Positions 22,807-36,276 are shown, counted from the whole stretch's first letter. The stretch is 63,061 nt of DNA, filler included, from Octopus bimaculoides (GCF_001194135.2; 4 parts of 4 records of this genome joined end to end with filler, not necessarily neighbours in it); one strand, 5' to 3'. Numbers and translations are program-made. The notes: a model not told the origin generated them from the letters alone.

Positions 22807-24382
22807 TCTGAGCAGAATAACGAATCTTTAATTGTATAAATTCTCATGCATGCATGTGGACACATTAAAACAACGTTAATTAAATGCCATAATACCTTGA
22901 TTAAGGAACTAGTTACTAATGCTTTCAAGGAAATGTGAGGTCACACGGAGGGCGGTAGCCAGGAATTAGAAAGCCTTTAGCAGAAGTGAACATTTCTTTC
23001 TGAGAAAACGAAAGTATTTCTAAGTTTTTATCTATGTGATTTATAAACGACTGTGTTGAATAAAAAATATGTACACTGTTAATCTAAAGTCCTTTTTTTT
23101 TTTTTACTTTTTTTTTCCGGTAATATTTATGGGATTAAGGGTTCTACTGTTTGGCAAATAATTAGGACACATTTCTGAATCATATGCAAGAGAAACTGAA
23201 TAATTGAACATCATATATTATTAAACTTAAGGTAGGTGTGTGTGTGGGGGGGGTCGATAAAATAAAGTACCAATTGATTACAGGGGGTCTATGCTATCAA
23301 CCCAACCGTTTCCCTTAAAAATTACTAAGTAAAATTCCAACAAAACGTCGGGATGGGGTGGGATCAGAAAAATTGCCTTGCAGTATTTTCCGGCATTTTA
23401 CATTCTGAGTTCAAATCTTGCCAAAGTCAATTTGCCTTTCATCCTATCAAGATCGATAAAATAAACACCAGTCAAATGCTAAAGTCGATGCTACTTACTA
23501 ACCGCTTTTCCAAAATATATCAGAAATAAATATTTGCAATTCTTATACTTTGCATTTCTAATGTGCCTAGACAATGTAAACCGACGTTTGCAACCTTANN
23601 NNNNNNNNNNNNNNNNNNNNNNNNNNNNNNNNNNNNNNNNNNNNNNNNNNNNNNNNNNNNNNNNNNNNNNNNNNNNNNNNNNNNNNNNNNNNNNNNNNNN
23701 NNNNNNNNNNNNNNNNNNNNNNNNNNNNNNNNNNNNNNNNNNNNNNNNNNNNNNNNNNNNNNNNNNNNNNNNNNNNNNNNNNNNNNNNNNNNNNNNNNNN
23801 NNNNNNNNNNNNNNNNNNNNNNNNNNNNNNNNNNNNNNNNNNNNNNNNNNNNNNNNNNNNNNNNNNNNNNNNNNNNNNNNNNNNNNNNNNNNNNNNNNNN
23901 NNNNNNNNNNNNNNNNNNNNNNNNNNNNNNNNNNNNNNNNNNNNNNNNNNNNNNNNNNNNNNNNNNNNNNNNNNNNNNNNNNNNNNNNNNNNNNNNNNNN
24001 NNNNNNNNNNNNNNNNNNNNNNNNNNNNNNNNNNNNNNNNNNNNNNNNNNNNNNNNNNNNNNNNNNNNNNNNNNNNNNNNNNNNNNNNNNNNNNNNNNNN
24101 NNNNNNNNNNNNNNNNNNNNNNNNNNNNNNNNNNNNNNNNNNNNNNNNNNNNNNNNNNNNNNNNNNNNNNNNNNNNNNNNNNNNNNNNNNNNNNNNNNNN
24201 NNNNNNNNNNNNNNNNNNNNNNNNNNNNNNNNNNNNNNNNNNNNNNNNNNNNNNNNNNNNNNNNNNNNNNNNNNNNNNNNNNNNNNNNNNNNNNNNNNNN
24301 NNNNNNNNNNNNNNNNNNNNNNNAGACCACATCATCGCTTTTGATTTTACAAATAAATAAATAGATTAACAAAAGTGGAGAG

Positions 24383-24545
24383 CTGGCACAATCGTTAGCG
24401 TGGCGGGCAAAATACTTGGCGGTATTTTTTCCGGCTCTTTACCTTCTGAGTTCGTATCCCGACAAGATCGTCTCTGCACTTAATTCTTTTTGGGGATCGA
24501 TAAAATATGTATCAGGTAAGCGCTAGAGTCGATAACATCGACTAA
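24383..24545 (+). mobile_element. SINE family C (Meta-domain-like gcctttcatcctttcggggtcgataa core)
   Basis: Related copies near 23370(+), 32040(-), 43540(+) and 56590(-). The Meta-domain resemblance is from recall, not from a search. Confidence 0.55.
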
Positions 24546-27179
24546 TCTCCATCCCGTAAAATCATTATTTTTTTTCACATCCACGATGAGCTCCAGTTCA
24601 TTTATTTTTTATTAATTAGTTATTATAAAGTTGTGATGATTATGTCTTCACTTTGAATGTATTTCTTCTTACGATTTATGTTACAAGACAAGCAATACAA
24701 TTAAACATTTTTACTGGCATTAACTATCTCGAGTTCTTGGGCCCGTGGGGTCGGTTAATCGGTTTCCATGGTGTTTATAAGTGATCGAGATTACAACATT
24801 TCTCCTGGACGAGACGCCAGTCCTTCGCAGGCTTACTCATTTTCGCCAGTTGAGTGAACTGGAGCAACATGAAACGAAATGTTTTGCTCATGAACACAAT
24901 GTACTGCCCGGTCCGGGGATCGAAAATACGACCTCGCGATTGTGACTGCAACACCCTAATTTCAAAGCTACGAGCCTCTCAACCTAACTAAAGAAATATG
25001 AATATGTCTCAAAGATTTTGAAATCAGGTCCGAGTTTCGGAATAAATACTCAACACTTCAAGAGGAAGGAAAATAGTTTTCTGTTTTGTTCAGCTTTATT
25101 AGTTTTTTTTTTGTTTTTGTTTCGTGGTTGCTGTTTTGTTGGGGTTTTTTTTAATGTTTGGTGGTTGTTCTTTTCTCCTTTTCCCGTAGACATCTATTTC
25201 GAAGTTACGCAAAAAAAGACTTAGGTTCGAAAACTTAGATAAGAAATATCCATTCTGACGTCATATGCCATACAAAATGTAGAGCTTTTAAAATTTATAT
25301 TTTTCTGATCGATTACCTTTACGTAGTATGCATACGGTGCAGAGAAAAAGTGTATTTTACTACAATTTCTGCGTTACTAGTCATAACTCATTGTTCTTAT
25401 TTATCGAGCGGTCCCGACGCATCTATGTAACCCTAACTAACCCTAACCACGGGTGTGCACTGCAAAAACATATCATTACGGAGATGCATCGAGACCTCTG
25501 TATTTAAGTAGTGTCGCGGATTTTGTTCTACAAGCAACGTTTATCTAACACAGAGAACTCAAAAACAAAATACTCGATAGTACCATAACAACATGAAAGC
25601 TCGATTTACCTTGGACATGACATTATAAAACCACCGGTAAAGATATTTAAAAAAATTATTTTGACGAAATGGCTTTGATTAGTTTCATAGAGTTGTCTCT
25701 CCTTAACTATTCTGAAATCATAAAGACGAAGTATTCGGTGGGGGTTTAACAATACAAGGCGCTCTTTAAGTCGAATATGCACATTTAAAACACCTGCTGC
25801 TATGAGTCTAAAGTAGTTGCGTTACTTTTCACAAAGCGGTGCATTGCTCGTATTGTTAGGGCGGCGAACAAAGTGCTTTGTGTTATATAGTTAAGAGGTC
25901 CTTCATAATTTCTGTGTTCAAATCCCTACAAGTGCAAATTTGACATTCATAAAGCACCTGCTAAAATATTTTGTCGATTATTGCAATTAGTATAATGATT
26001 CATTTAAGTCTAAATATGAATGAAGAGTTATCTTTCTTCTGTAACCGTCCACTGTGTGTAAACAATAAAACCGGATTTTCTGAAAATAGAATTGGGATTT
26101 TTCGTCTGGTTACAATATAAATTGAAAGACGAAAACTTTAAATACTTATTATCTGCTTTGCGCTCTTAAGCAACAGTTAAGCTCCGAAACCATCAACAGC
26201 TACTTATATAAACAATCAACATTATACTTCAACAACTATTGTCAAAACAAAACTTTTAAACTTAACTTTCAATTGTTAGTATAAGTTTTGTTTCCGTTGA
26301 AGAGCCAACGGTTTTATATATATATCTATTAGATATATACACACAAGCTGAATACAGAAACTATTTGTGGAAAGAAACACGTTTATTGTTTATTGAGATC
26401 AACATCATTCTCAGAAACTTTCTTTGTTGGATATTGTGCTGCTAAACGTGAGTTCTCATATTTGTTTATTTCTTTCTCATTGCCTTAATAATATTTTCAC
26501 TGGCATTTTAGTTACTTTATTACATATTGTCAGTTTACATATATCATTCACAATCAAACCGCTTTAGCTTAATTTCAAATATTATTGTATATATATTTTG
26601 TTATTCATTTTGGCTACGGAAATTTAAGATTCTTGTGCTTAAATACGAATTTGTCCTCGTCTTTCATAGTTCTTTCTTTTACACACGTTACTCTGAAAGA
26701 AGACATAGGTATCACATTTATACATTTTTGCTTCTTTCTACGATCAGGAGCATCGCCGAGAGTAGCTATCACACAACTCTTGGTCAAGTTATCAGCGAAT
26801 TGAGTTTAATTCTTAGCCTTTAAATAATTCTTTTGCGTTAGTAATATTCTGCAAAGATCCGCAGTTTCGCTATTCCCTCCCATTCTTCATGATTCCATTG
26901 TTGACTAACGTTAGCTAGCTACGTGCTGTCAGACTGCACTAATTTCGAAATCTTCATAAATTTAGACTATTTGTAACAGTTGAAAAGCAAGCAACAAGTA
27001 TAAGATACGGATGCCGCTTCAAGTGACATTTCTAACAGTAGAAAGGACAAGAATTTTGTAAAATAGTATTTCGAAACAGCATGAGAACTAAGTAAAAATT
27101 GCATTGCAAAAGTAGACAAGTACTTGCATTACATGTGCACACACGCTGTAACATACATACATCCATACATACATACATG

Positions 27180-27350
27180 TCTCGCGTGTGCATCGTTGGC
27201 GATTTTGATTCTCCGTTTTCCCTTCTTTGGACTTTTCCTATATTTCCGATGAAGAGCTCCGCTCGAAACGTGAAATCCTTTCTTTTCTTTTCTTTCCTTT
27301 CCTTTCCTGAGCGTCCAATAACACTGTACTTATTCCACGTCCTCGCGTCC
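27180..27350 (+). mobile_element. Penelope-like pLTR remnant with degenerate hammerhead
   Basis: ATTT-CCGATGA-A-GAGC-tcc-GCTC-GAAAC-GTG-AAAT at 27242-27276. Confidence 0.45.
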
Positions 27351-27371
27351 TTTTTTTTTTTTTTTTTTTTT

Positions 27372-27471
27372 NNNNNNNNNNNNNNNNNNNNNNNNNNNNN
27401 NNNNNNNNNNNNNNNTTAATTAATTAANNNNNNNNNNNNNNNNNNNNNNNNNNNNNNNNNNNNNNNNNNNN
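27372..27471. other. Artificial assembly join (44 N + TTAATTAATTAA + 44 N)
   Basis: Identical 100-bp construct at 55506-55605 and 61951-62050; encodes stops in all six frames. Confidence 0.95.
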
Positions 27472-27820
27472 TGCAGGTGGCACATAAGATGTACCATCCT
27501 GAGCGTGACCGTTGCCAGTACCGCCTGACTGGCCTTGTAGGGTTTTCGAGCGAGATCGTTGCCAGTGCCCCTGGACTGGCTCTTGTGCGGGCGGCACATA
27601 AAAGACACCATTTCGAGCGTGGCCGTTTTCGTGCGGGTGACACGTAAAAGCACCCACTACACTCTCTGAGTGGTTGGCGTTAGGAAGGGCATCCAGCTGT
27701 AGAAACTCTGCCAAATTAGATTGGAGCCTGGTGTAGCCATCCGGTTGTACCAGTCCTCAGTCAAATCGTCCAACCCATGCTAGCATGGAAAGCGGACGTT
27801 AAACGATGATGATGATGATG
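27472..27820 (+). mobile_element. (GAT)n-tailed retroposon family E with ~60-bp internal repeats
   Basis: gagtggttggcgttaggaagggcatccagctgtagaaac...gcggacgttaaacgatgatgat; also seen at ~43090(+), 46017(-), 48050(+), 50890(+) and 51436(-). Confidence 0.8.
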
Positions 27821-27929
27821 GTAGTGCAGTATCACTTGCATGTAAATCTGCATATAAAAGTGGCAGTAATCCTTGTAGGAAAGACTGTCAAAGTTGATTT
27901 ATTTAATTTTTAAATGTTCAAAGCAGTAC

Positions 27930-28136
27930 CTGAGACAAAGCTGGTAACCAATGAGGCAATTTCTGGTGAACCATCTGAGCTGCCTGAACAACATTGTCAT
28001 TGGTTGAATATAGAGATGCTGATATAGGTGTTGGCCCATGCAGATAGCGCTCCATTTTTGTCAAACTCAATGAAGTTGCAGATGAGCTAGTGTCTTCCTC
28101 AAGGTCTGTGTAGTGAATCTTCTCCATGATTCGAGC
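27930..28136 (-). CDS. GTF2H1: GTF2H1 coding exon 9 (ARIMEKIHYTDL...RYLHGPTP...LSQ); last exon visible
   Basis: RYLHGPTPI corresponds to p62 RYYHGPTPI. Flanked by ttttcag and CAG|GTACTG; 207 nt; no stop codon, so the gene must continue. Confidence 0.95.
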
Positions 28137-28809
28137 CTGAAAATAATAACAAATGAAAGGCCATAAAAAGATTCAACATATGCAAATTTGGGCATTTAAA
28201 AAGACAGGGTTACAGCAGACCTGTGGCTAAACAGCAACATACAGACTAGAAATTACAACATGTCTGATTTACTTTATAAATTAGAGATGAAGATTAAAAC
28301 TTGAAATCTCAGTAATTTAAACTCAGAGATTAACAAAACAGTTGACAGTAGGATGTTGATAAGAAAATATGGCAAATTTCTGAAGAGGAATGGTTCCAAA
28401 AGCGCTAATTCAATGAGGCATCTGGATCAATTAAGAAGACATTATAAGCAAAAGTATTTGATTATAGGCATTAAATGAAGACATTCTTATGGTACAGTGG
28501 ATCTGTTTTATTGTTTCTTTTTTAAAAATTTCCATGGCATTATACTAGAACCTGTTGTGGTGGGCAATGCGATAGAAGGTAATAACACTGGAGTGGTGAG
28601 GTGTAGAACTAAGGATACAGTGAATTAAAAAGAAAAATGGGGTTCACTTTCTACTCCATTAAATTCACCCTTTGACACACATGTGTACTATGTGTGAAAG
28701 TATCTTCAGCCAGTTCAAACCAACAATGCCACACTGCTTCTACTGTATCACACTGTTACCCCAGAGCTAGCTATATCCTAGCCAAGCTCTTCAAGTTCTG
28801 TCTCTCTCT

Positions 28810-29800
28810 TGGAATAACCTGATCCCTGGAAACATGCTACTATGTGCCCCATTCTCAAGAAGTGCAACACTTGTGACCCTGCCAGATACTGTCCTCACTT
28901 CCAATATCTCAAAGGTGATAGCCATTAACAACTGCCTTTAAATTTTTCCCTCTCCTTAATGCTCATCATTCTAGCCAAATCTTCTTAAGTCCGACTTTTC
29001 TATATGACTCACCAGTGTTCTCTCACTCTCAAGAATTTCAATGAATCCAGTCTTGCCTTTGATATCAGCATAACTTTTGACCATTTGGCATGCAACTCTT
29101 CTGGCAAAACTGTTTACCTATTAGTTCCATCTACCTATCCTACCAGATCTGTCGACAGATTTCTCTGAGACTCTCATTCTGTCAACTCTGGTGTACTCCA
29201 GGGTTTGGATTTCCCTTTACGCTCTTCCTCTTAGACAAGCTACAACCTGTGAGCTCCAACAATGCTCATCTCTATGTAGACGATATGTCCCTTCATTACT
29301 CTCTTACCTTATACAGTCAAACAGCATCCACACCAAATCTGCACTAACTCCATAAACAGAAATCTCTAAAATATCATTCTTCAATAGTCATGCCAAACTT
29401 GTCTCTTTCAACAACTAAAAGGCCTCACCATCACTGGGGATCTCTACTGGTGGGCACATACATCCTTAACACAGCAAACAAGACTGTACCAGAAAGACTT
29501 GCCTTCGTCATCAACAACTAATTCTCTTCAAAACCCAGATGAGACCTACAATAGAGTATTTCTCCCACATCTGGGACAGGACTGCTGTTGCTACACATCC
29601 AAACAACAGAGACCACATCCAAAGAAAGGTCACATGACTGATTGGCATGAAGTCACTCACAACTTATCTCCTCTCTCCCACTACCACAAAAGTATTTTTA
29701 GCTCATTCATCTCTCCTCCTCCCCTTACTCATATGGTAGTCATTCCCATCCAAGAACTACACCAAGTCCTTCTGCCCCTGAACAGGGTTGCTTTGAATAC
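28810..29800 (+). mobile_element. Degenerate CR1/Daphne-like LINE RT fragment in a GTF2H1 intron
   Basis: WKHATMCPILKK..DP, FDISxxFD..WH, SGVxQG and HLYVDD remnants across several frames. Confidence 0.7.
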
Positions 29801-30389
29801 CTTTGAACAACCACATTGAATTTTGTTGGTCACAGATAGCCTGAGGAGGTTAAAGGGGTTAGTGTTAGAGTAAGTTTGATGTAGTGGAGGGCACACCAGA
29901 GAGGGCCTGAATAGGCTATGGGCACATAGTCTACCATACTGTCATAAAAAACAGGTAAGGCACATTGAATAATATAGTCCTAGATACACTGTATTGGAAA
30001 TATCATGTGACAGTAATATGGAGCTTTGTAACCAAGAAGTGAGTTGTCAGTAAAACTATAACTCTAACTAAGACCTGAACTGCTTTCTAAGTTGAAAACA
30101 GTTTACTTCACAACTGCTGTTAATGTCCTCAAAAATGAGCATAAATGTCACTACATCTCACTTCTTCTTTTACTAAGCCAATGAGGGAGGCTGTACAAAG
30201 TTACTCAATGTTCTGGCAATAGTAAGGAGACTTCCTCCATACTATCTTAAAAAAGGAAGGACACACTGTTTGAAAGTAGTTGTCAAATATAATAAGTCAT
30301 TATCTGAAGGAAACTGAAGCATGCAGAATGGTAAGTACTGTATAAAATCAGCTGTATGGAGGTGAAAACAATGAGAAAGTGAATGAAGC

Positions 30390-30428
<39 letters not shown>

Positions 30429-30740
30429 GGTCTATCCTTGAAACTCTTATCGCCTTTTGTCAATGATGAAAGTGTTATCCACTTTTAACAAATATGTAAA
30501 CGTACAAAATGGTCCAATGCATTGGACTGCAAACACCTCATTTGTGTGTTCAACTCTACTGCAGTCAGTTTAGTGTTTGTAAGCTGGATCCTTTATATTA
30601 CTTCCCTTCATCTGATTTGTTTGGAATAAGTACCAGACCATCTGGTGATGTTATGTATGAAAGACTAATATTATATTCAGAGCTAAATGTTAACTGTCTT
30701 GGTTATTGCAGTAATAGGAGGTAATTCCATAGAAGCATAC

Positions 30741-30980
30741 CTTCTTTTCAGTTGGCTGGTCGCTAGCATCAGAAGGGTTCAGTTTTGATTTTGTGGCAGT
30801 TTGGTCACTGCCATTAAGGCTGGTTGAAGAGACATCACCAGAAGCATTGGCTGCTGTCTCCCGGCTTTGTGCTTGGCAAGTTTTGAGCACCATTGTGGAA
30901 TGGTAGTTAAAGCGTCGTATTATTGAAAGATTAGCCAGATTTGTGCTGGCCTGGCTCTCCTCATTCATGGCACCATAACC
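30741..30980 (-). CDS. GTF2H1: GTF2H1 coding exon 8 (GYGAMNEESQ...IIRRFNYHSTMVL...PTEKK)
   Basis: IIRRFNYHSTMVL corresponds to p62 IIKRFNHHSAMVL. Flanked by ttctag and GTATGC; 240 nt. Confidence 0.95.
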
Positions 30981-31720
30981 CTAGAAGCAAATAAAGTCAT
31001 ATAATACAGAAACAAAAGAATTATGTTCACAGGCCATTTTAATTCTCAATTAGTTTAATAAATATAATTGATGTAGAATGTTACAATTGATCTAAATCAT
31101 TACAAATAAAATGAAATGTTTCTACATGGTTGTGTGGGTAAGAAGTTTGCTACACAATCATGTGATTCCAGGTTTGACCCAGCTGTAGAACATCTTGAGT
31201 ATCAAGACTAACTGTCTGGCATCAGAGATGGGTTGAACAATGTAGTTAACTGAATTGGCATCAGGGTGGGAGAAGTTATCTAGTTAAATGAACTGACTCT
31301 CATTAAATTTGTTCGTTCATTTAAGATTTGTGCTTCCGGTATGGAGTCAGGTTGTGTGTGTGTCTCTGTGTGTGTGGGTATTTGAGGAAGGAGGTTAAAG
31401 ATGTATCTTGTTGCCAACCCTTGTATTTTTTTATTATTCAACTGGTCATCAACAGAGCAGAGTGGCCAGTCAATGTCAAGGAATGCAAATATCATTTGAC
31501 CACCAAATTCACTCACTAGTTGGCCAGAAGTTATGGTGGGTGACACCTGCCTAAGGTCTCAAACAGTGGAACTGAACAATTAACCCTGGTAGGACAAAAA
31601 TTAAGTTCAAATCCATCTGCATTTGAACTCAGAATGTAAGGGTCATTAAATAGTGTAAATCATTTTAGTCTACTGCTTCAACTACTTCAACTACTGATAG
31701 AGATGATAGTAACAACTTAC

Positions 31721-31800
31721 CTCTCCCAAGGATGTATCTTTGATCTGAGTTAAATCCAAGAACGGATCGCTCACATTACGATCTATGTCTTGTTTGATCT
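31721..31800 (-). CDS. GTF2H1: GTF2H1 coding exon 7 (EIKQDIDRNVSDPFLDLTQIKDTSLGE); not in the ORF track
   Basis: Aligns to p62 ...NPLLDLTALEDKPLDE. Flanked by ttttccag and GTAAGT; 80 nt; phase 1 to 0 bridges the neighbouring exons. Confidence 0.93.
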
Positions 31801-33178
31801 CTGGAAAAAAAAAATCGGAACGTTAATTTCCATCATTAGAATATTTTTTTTGTCACAGTGTGGGTTGTTATTCCAGTTGGTGTGTTGCTCTGTTTCTCAC
31901 TGGAGACCTTCCCTTGTTATCTAAGATACAAAGGGCCCCTCTGCTCACCAACAATATGTGAAATTTGAACCCAGACTACAAAGAATCGCAATGGATACTG
32001 CAAGGTGTTTTGTCTAATGCTCAGCAATTCTATCATTGCACCCTCCTGGACTGGTCTTTTATTTATTGATCCTCAAACAGATAAAAGGCAAAGTTGATCT
32101 TGGTTGGATTTGAACTTGGAATACAGAGAGGTGGAACAGATATTGCAAGACAGCATATCCATCACTGTAACAACTCCACTAATCATCACCACTTTCACTG
32201 ATATCTAAATGAACAGAAACAATAACTTCATTTAATAAGGTATGCAGCTATTTTAGCTGTTAGTCCACAACAAGTATAGCCAAAAGGCATGAACTCCAAT
32301 AGATCACTGGTATTTAATGAGCTCAGTTCTACAAATTCACCTGACCTGTTAGAAATAGCAGCCAAATTTCTACTTTGGTTTCATAATATCTACACCATTT
32401 TCTTAAGCAAATGAAAATTATGAATGTTATAAAGATGTCTGGCAGAAAAAAAATACAGAAAATGCCTACAGAATCTGGCTGAATCACAAATTCACAAGAG
32501 ATTCTAGTGAAGATTTTGTCCTTGTGTAGTATATTTGGGACTAAAGGATCCCTGGTAAGGTGTATCACTCTTGACAGTTATTTATGGTGCTAGTTGAAGA
32601 TAGAACTATAATCTAATGGATGATACATTCATAATGTAAAACAGGGTTCCAGCTGCTTCTTGTCAATCTGTAACTACAGTCAGGAACTTATTTACAGTTA
32701 GGTACAATAAGGGATTTAGTCAAGCACTCTAATGATCCAAGTGGTACATTTCCAAAATTGAAGACAGTTTTGGGATTTGTTTGTGCAACAGTGCTCTTGA
32801 TAACCACATGATTTCAGGTTTGGTTCCATTGTTTGAAGTCTTGGGCAAGTGTCATCTACTCTTGCCTTCATCTGATCAATGGATACCAGTGGAAAAAGAT
32901 TCCCAGTATTCATGTCCCATAACTTTGTCGTTCAATAAAGAGGATGGTAAAATAAGTACTAAGCTTTATAAAAATAAGAACAAAAATTAAAGGTAGGACC
33001 CTGCTTGGTCACCAGCCAATGATTAATAGTAAAAAAGTAAAAGAGTAAACTTTTTTCATTTCTTGTAATTGTACTACAATATAATTATTTGCAACAATGT
33101 TGCAAATGATAGACAACAGTCATCTCAAGTAAAACCATTTGCATGTATAGTTTACCGTAGTTTACAAATACAACTTAC

Positions 33179-33328
33179 CGTCTTCATCATTTTTAGCACA
33201 TTCTGAGAACATATCTTTGTTACCAATATTGATGCGATCACGGTGGAAATAATGGGACTGAAAAAACTTAGTCCAAAATTCATTTTCTGAACTTTTGTGA
33301 GGAACATTTTCTGCATGTTTCTTCTTAA
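33179..33328 (-). CDS. GTF2H1: GTF2H1 coding exon 6 ([32 protein letters not shown]...; BSD2)
   Basis: Contains the [16 protein letters not shown] motif. Flanked by tttcag and GTAAGT; 150 nt. Confidence 0.97.
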
Positions 33329-33664
33329 CTGAAAATAAAATGTTTAAAAGGTTTAATTTCCTCACAGAAATGTTGTTAGAGTGTTAAGGGTTCTTTCTAC
33401 ATACACAAACACATCATTGCATGCATGAGTCGATGCAGGGCGGAGTGATAAAAAAGTTCCCTTTGCTATCATATGGTTCTGAGTTGGTTTAAATTGCATG
33501 GCAACCTTAGGCAAGAATCTTCTACCATAGCCTTGAGTTGGCCAAAGCTTTCTGAGTGAAATTGGGTACATAGAAACACCATAGAAATTCTGCATGTATT
33601 TAGCAATCTATGCAGCTACTCCACTTCTTTCTTTCAATTTGTCTCAGCCATAAAAGTATATATT

Positions 33665-34425
33665 TTTTTTATTTGTTTCAGTCATTTGACTGCGGCCAGG
33701 CTGGAGCACCGTCTTTAGTCACATGAATTGACACCAGGACTTATTCTTTTTAAGCCTAGTACTTATTCTATTAGTCGCTTTTTACCAAACTGCTAAGTTA
33801 TGGTACATAAACACACCAACATCGGTGGTCAAGCAATGGTAGGGAACAAAACAGACACACAAACACACATATATATATGTGTGTGTGTGTGTGAAGGGGC
33901 ATGGCTCAGTGGTTAGAGCATCGAGCTTACGATTGTGAGTTCGAATCCTGGACTGAGCTGTGTGTTGTGCTCTTGAGCAGGACACTTTATTTCACATTGC
34001 TCCAGTTCATTCAGCTGTAGAAATGAGTTGCGATGTCACAGGTGCCAAGCTGTATCGGCCTTTGCCTTTCCCTTGGATAACACTGGTGGAGAGGGGANNN
34101 NNNNNNNGGTGCCAAGCTGTATCGGCCTTTGCCTTTCCCTTGGATAACACTGGTGGAGAGGGGAGGCCGGTATGCATGGGCGACTGCTGGTCTTCCATAA
34201 ACATCCTTGTCCGGACTTGTGCCTGGGAGGGTAACTTTCTAGGTGCAATCCCATCGTCAGTCATGACTGAAGGCGGTCTCAGCATATATATATGATAGGC
34301 TACTTCCAGTTTCTGTCTACCAAATCTACTCACAAGGCTTTGGTCAGCCCGAGGTTATAGTAGAAGACACTTGCCCAAGTTGCCACGCAGTGGGACTGAA
34401 CCCAGAACCTACCACACAGCCACTC
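33665..34425 (-). mobile_element. SINE family B with a family D SINE (33897-34282, +) nested in its microsatellite
   Basis: 3' half at 33665-33875 and 5' half at 34297-34425 flank a different tRNA-headed SINE in the opposite orientation. Confidence 0.8.
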
Positions 34426-34446
34426 ATGCGCATATATATAAATATG

Positions 34447-34518
<72 letters not shown>

Positions 34519-34570
34519 TGTATATCAAATGAAAATACACATATAAATAGCCAAGGAGCAGTTGGCTTAC

Positions 34571-34664
34571 CCATTGGATAAGTCTTAAAAATTGATTCTA
34601 TAACATCTGGTGTAAGGTTGTATCTGAGTCCATTACATCCATCAGTCTGTGGTTTGATATCTGC
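34571..34664 (-). CDS. GTF2H1: GTF2H1 coding exon 5 ([31 protein letters not shown])
   Basis: Matches [30 protein letters not shown]. Flanked by ttccag and GTAAGC; 94 nt. Confidence 0.97.
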
Positions 34665-35149
34665 CTGGAAACAAAGACACGAAAGAAAATTGTGTGTAAA
34701 TAAATAAATAAACGTATGCATGCATGCAACCACATTTTACTTAAATCACCAAAAGTATTTAATAAAAATATACACAGATAAATAAAATATGCATTTAGTT
34801 GCATGTAATACACAACTTTCCCTAGTCACAGGAGTAAGGTCGTGTTTGGGACAAAGTGACCAGAAGTAAGTAATAGTTATGTCCAAGCAAACAGATGTAA
34901 AATGGAAACTAAAATCAGTATAATTATGTCACAAATACTCTATAATAGTGATAATACATTAAACATTCATTACATTTAATTAAAATGCATTAAAAATATA
35001 AATTTTGTTGCCCAAATTAGGGATCATACTGATCAACGTCCGACTCAATAAAGAAAAATTTTGCTTTTAATTTATAGTATGAATGTATGTGTGTTTATAT
35101 ATATATATGTGTGTATATAAACATATATATGTATATATAATATACTTAC

Positions 35150-35209
35150 TAAAAAAGCAGCAGAAACACCAACAGTTTGATTCTTATCATTATTAGAATT
35201 GGAAAATTT
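35150..35209 (-). CDS. GTF2H1: GTF2H1 coding exon 4 (KFSNSNNDKNQTVGVSAAFL)
   Basis: Matches p62 KQDVGISAAFL. Flanked by ttttcag and GTAAGT; 60 nt; phase 0/0. Confidence 0.93.
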
Positions 35210-36113
35210 CTGAAAAAGAATTTCAAAATAGAAATATATTGTAGTAAAAAGTCGTCCATTCCAAAAGCGTTTACTATAAAAACTCACAGAAATCATACAC
35301 GACTTCTAGTTTACTTGAAACATATTTTATTGAACGTTAAATTCAACTTACGTTGAGGGTCAAAAAAGTTTACTTTAGAAGCATTATCCTGCGTTTGAGA
35401 ATAAATTTCCTTACCTATATTTTATTGAATTATAGGGGGCAGTAAAGCTAAAAAGTAATGAATGCCCACATAACAACATCAATATTTCTTCAACATTGCT
35501 GTTGCCTCCTAAATAGCAAATATTTTACTGTTTGGTATTAATACTACTTCAGTTGCTCTATTTTTTAACAAGCCTACTGGCTTTTAGTGACAGCAGTGTC
35601 TGTTAGGACTCTCTATTTCTATGTATATCACTAGCACAGAAGCTACTGCTATCTCCATTGGTCAGAAGTCTACCAATGACAAAGCCAAAAAGTGACTGAA
35701 ATCATGTGACCTGGTAGTCCCAACAGCAGAAGCAGCAGTGACTGTCTGCTGCTGTTAATAGCTATGACGTGCTTCTATACATCAAAAAACCATATGAGAG
35801 TTTTTCTCTCTTAGTAAATATTGCAGTATTTGTATGTTCTAATGCAACATCTACTTTTAAGTGGTGAATATTTTACTTTTTGGAACCAATATTTCTTTTG
35901 TCGTTTTATATATATATATTCTATAATTATAAACAATTATAATTAGGGGTCAGCTGATTATAATTATAGAATATTTGTATAATTTCACCTAAAAAGGTTA
36001 TTTTAATGTACTGATCTACTTGGAAAAATTATTAATTAATTTTACCCTTTTATTATAATTTATATATATATATATATATACATACATACAGAGAGAGAGA
36101 GAGAGAGAGAGAA

Positions 36114-36179
<66 letters not shown>

Positions 36180-36180
<1 letters not shown>

Positions 36181-36276
36181 GCTGAATGGTTAGCCCAGAA
36201 TTCTTCAGCAGACATCAGTTGGCTAACAACAAGATCTTTGTAGAGCTGAAAGAGTTTTGGATCTTCCTGCAAAAGC
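36180..36276 (-). CDS. GTF2H1: GTF2H1 coding exon 3 ([33 protein letters not shown]; BSD1)
   Basis: Near identity to p62 [28 protein letters not shown]. Flanked by tttcag and GTAAGT; 97 nt. Confidence 0.97.

Noticed and set aside
27416-27427. TTAATTAATTAA as a biological motif repeated three times
   Set aside because: It is always flanked by exactly 44 N on each side, so it is an assembler spacer.
30731-30740. U12-type intron (donor GTATGCTT)
   Set aside because: It lacks the conserved +5 C of GTATCCTT, and there is no TCCTTAAC branch site before the 28137 acceptor.
34051-34163. Tandem duplication inside SINE D
   Set aside because: Identical sequence on both sides of a 10-N gap indicates an unmerged contig overlap.
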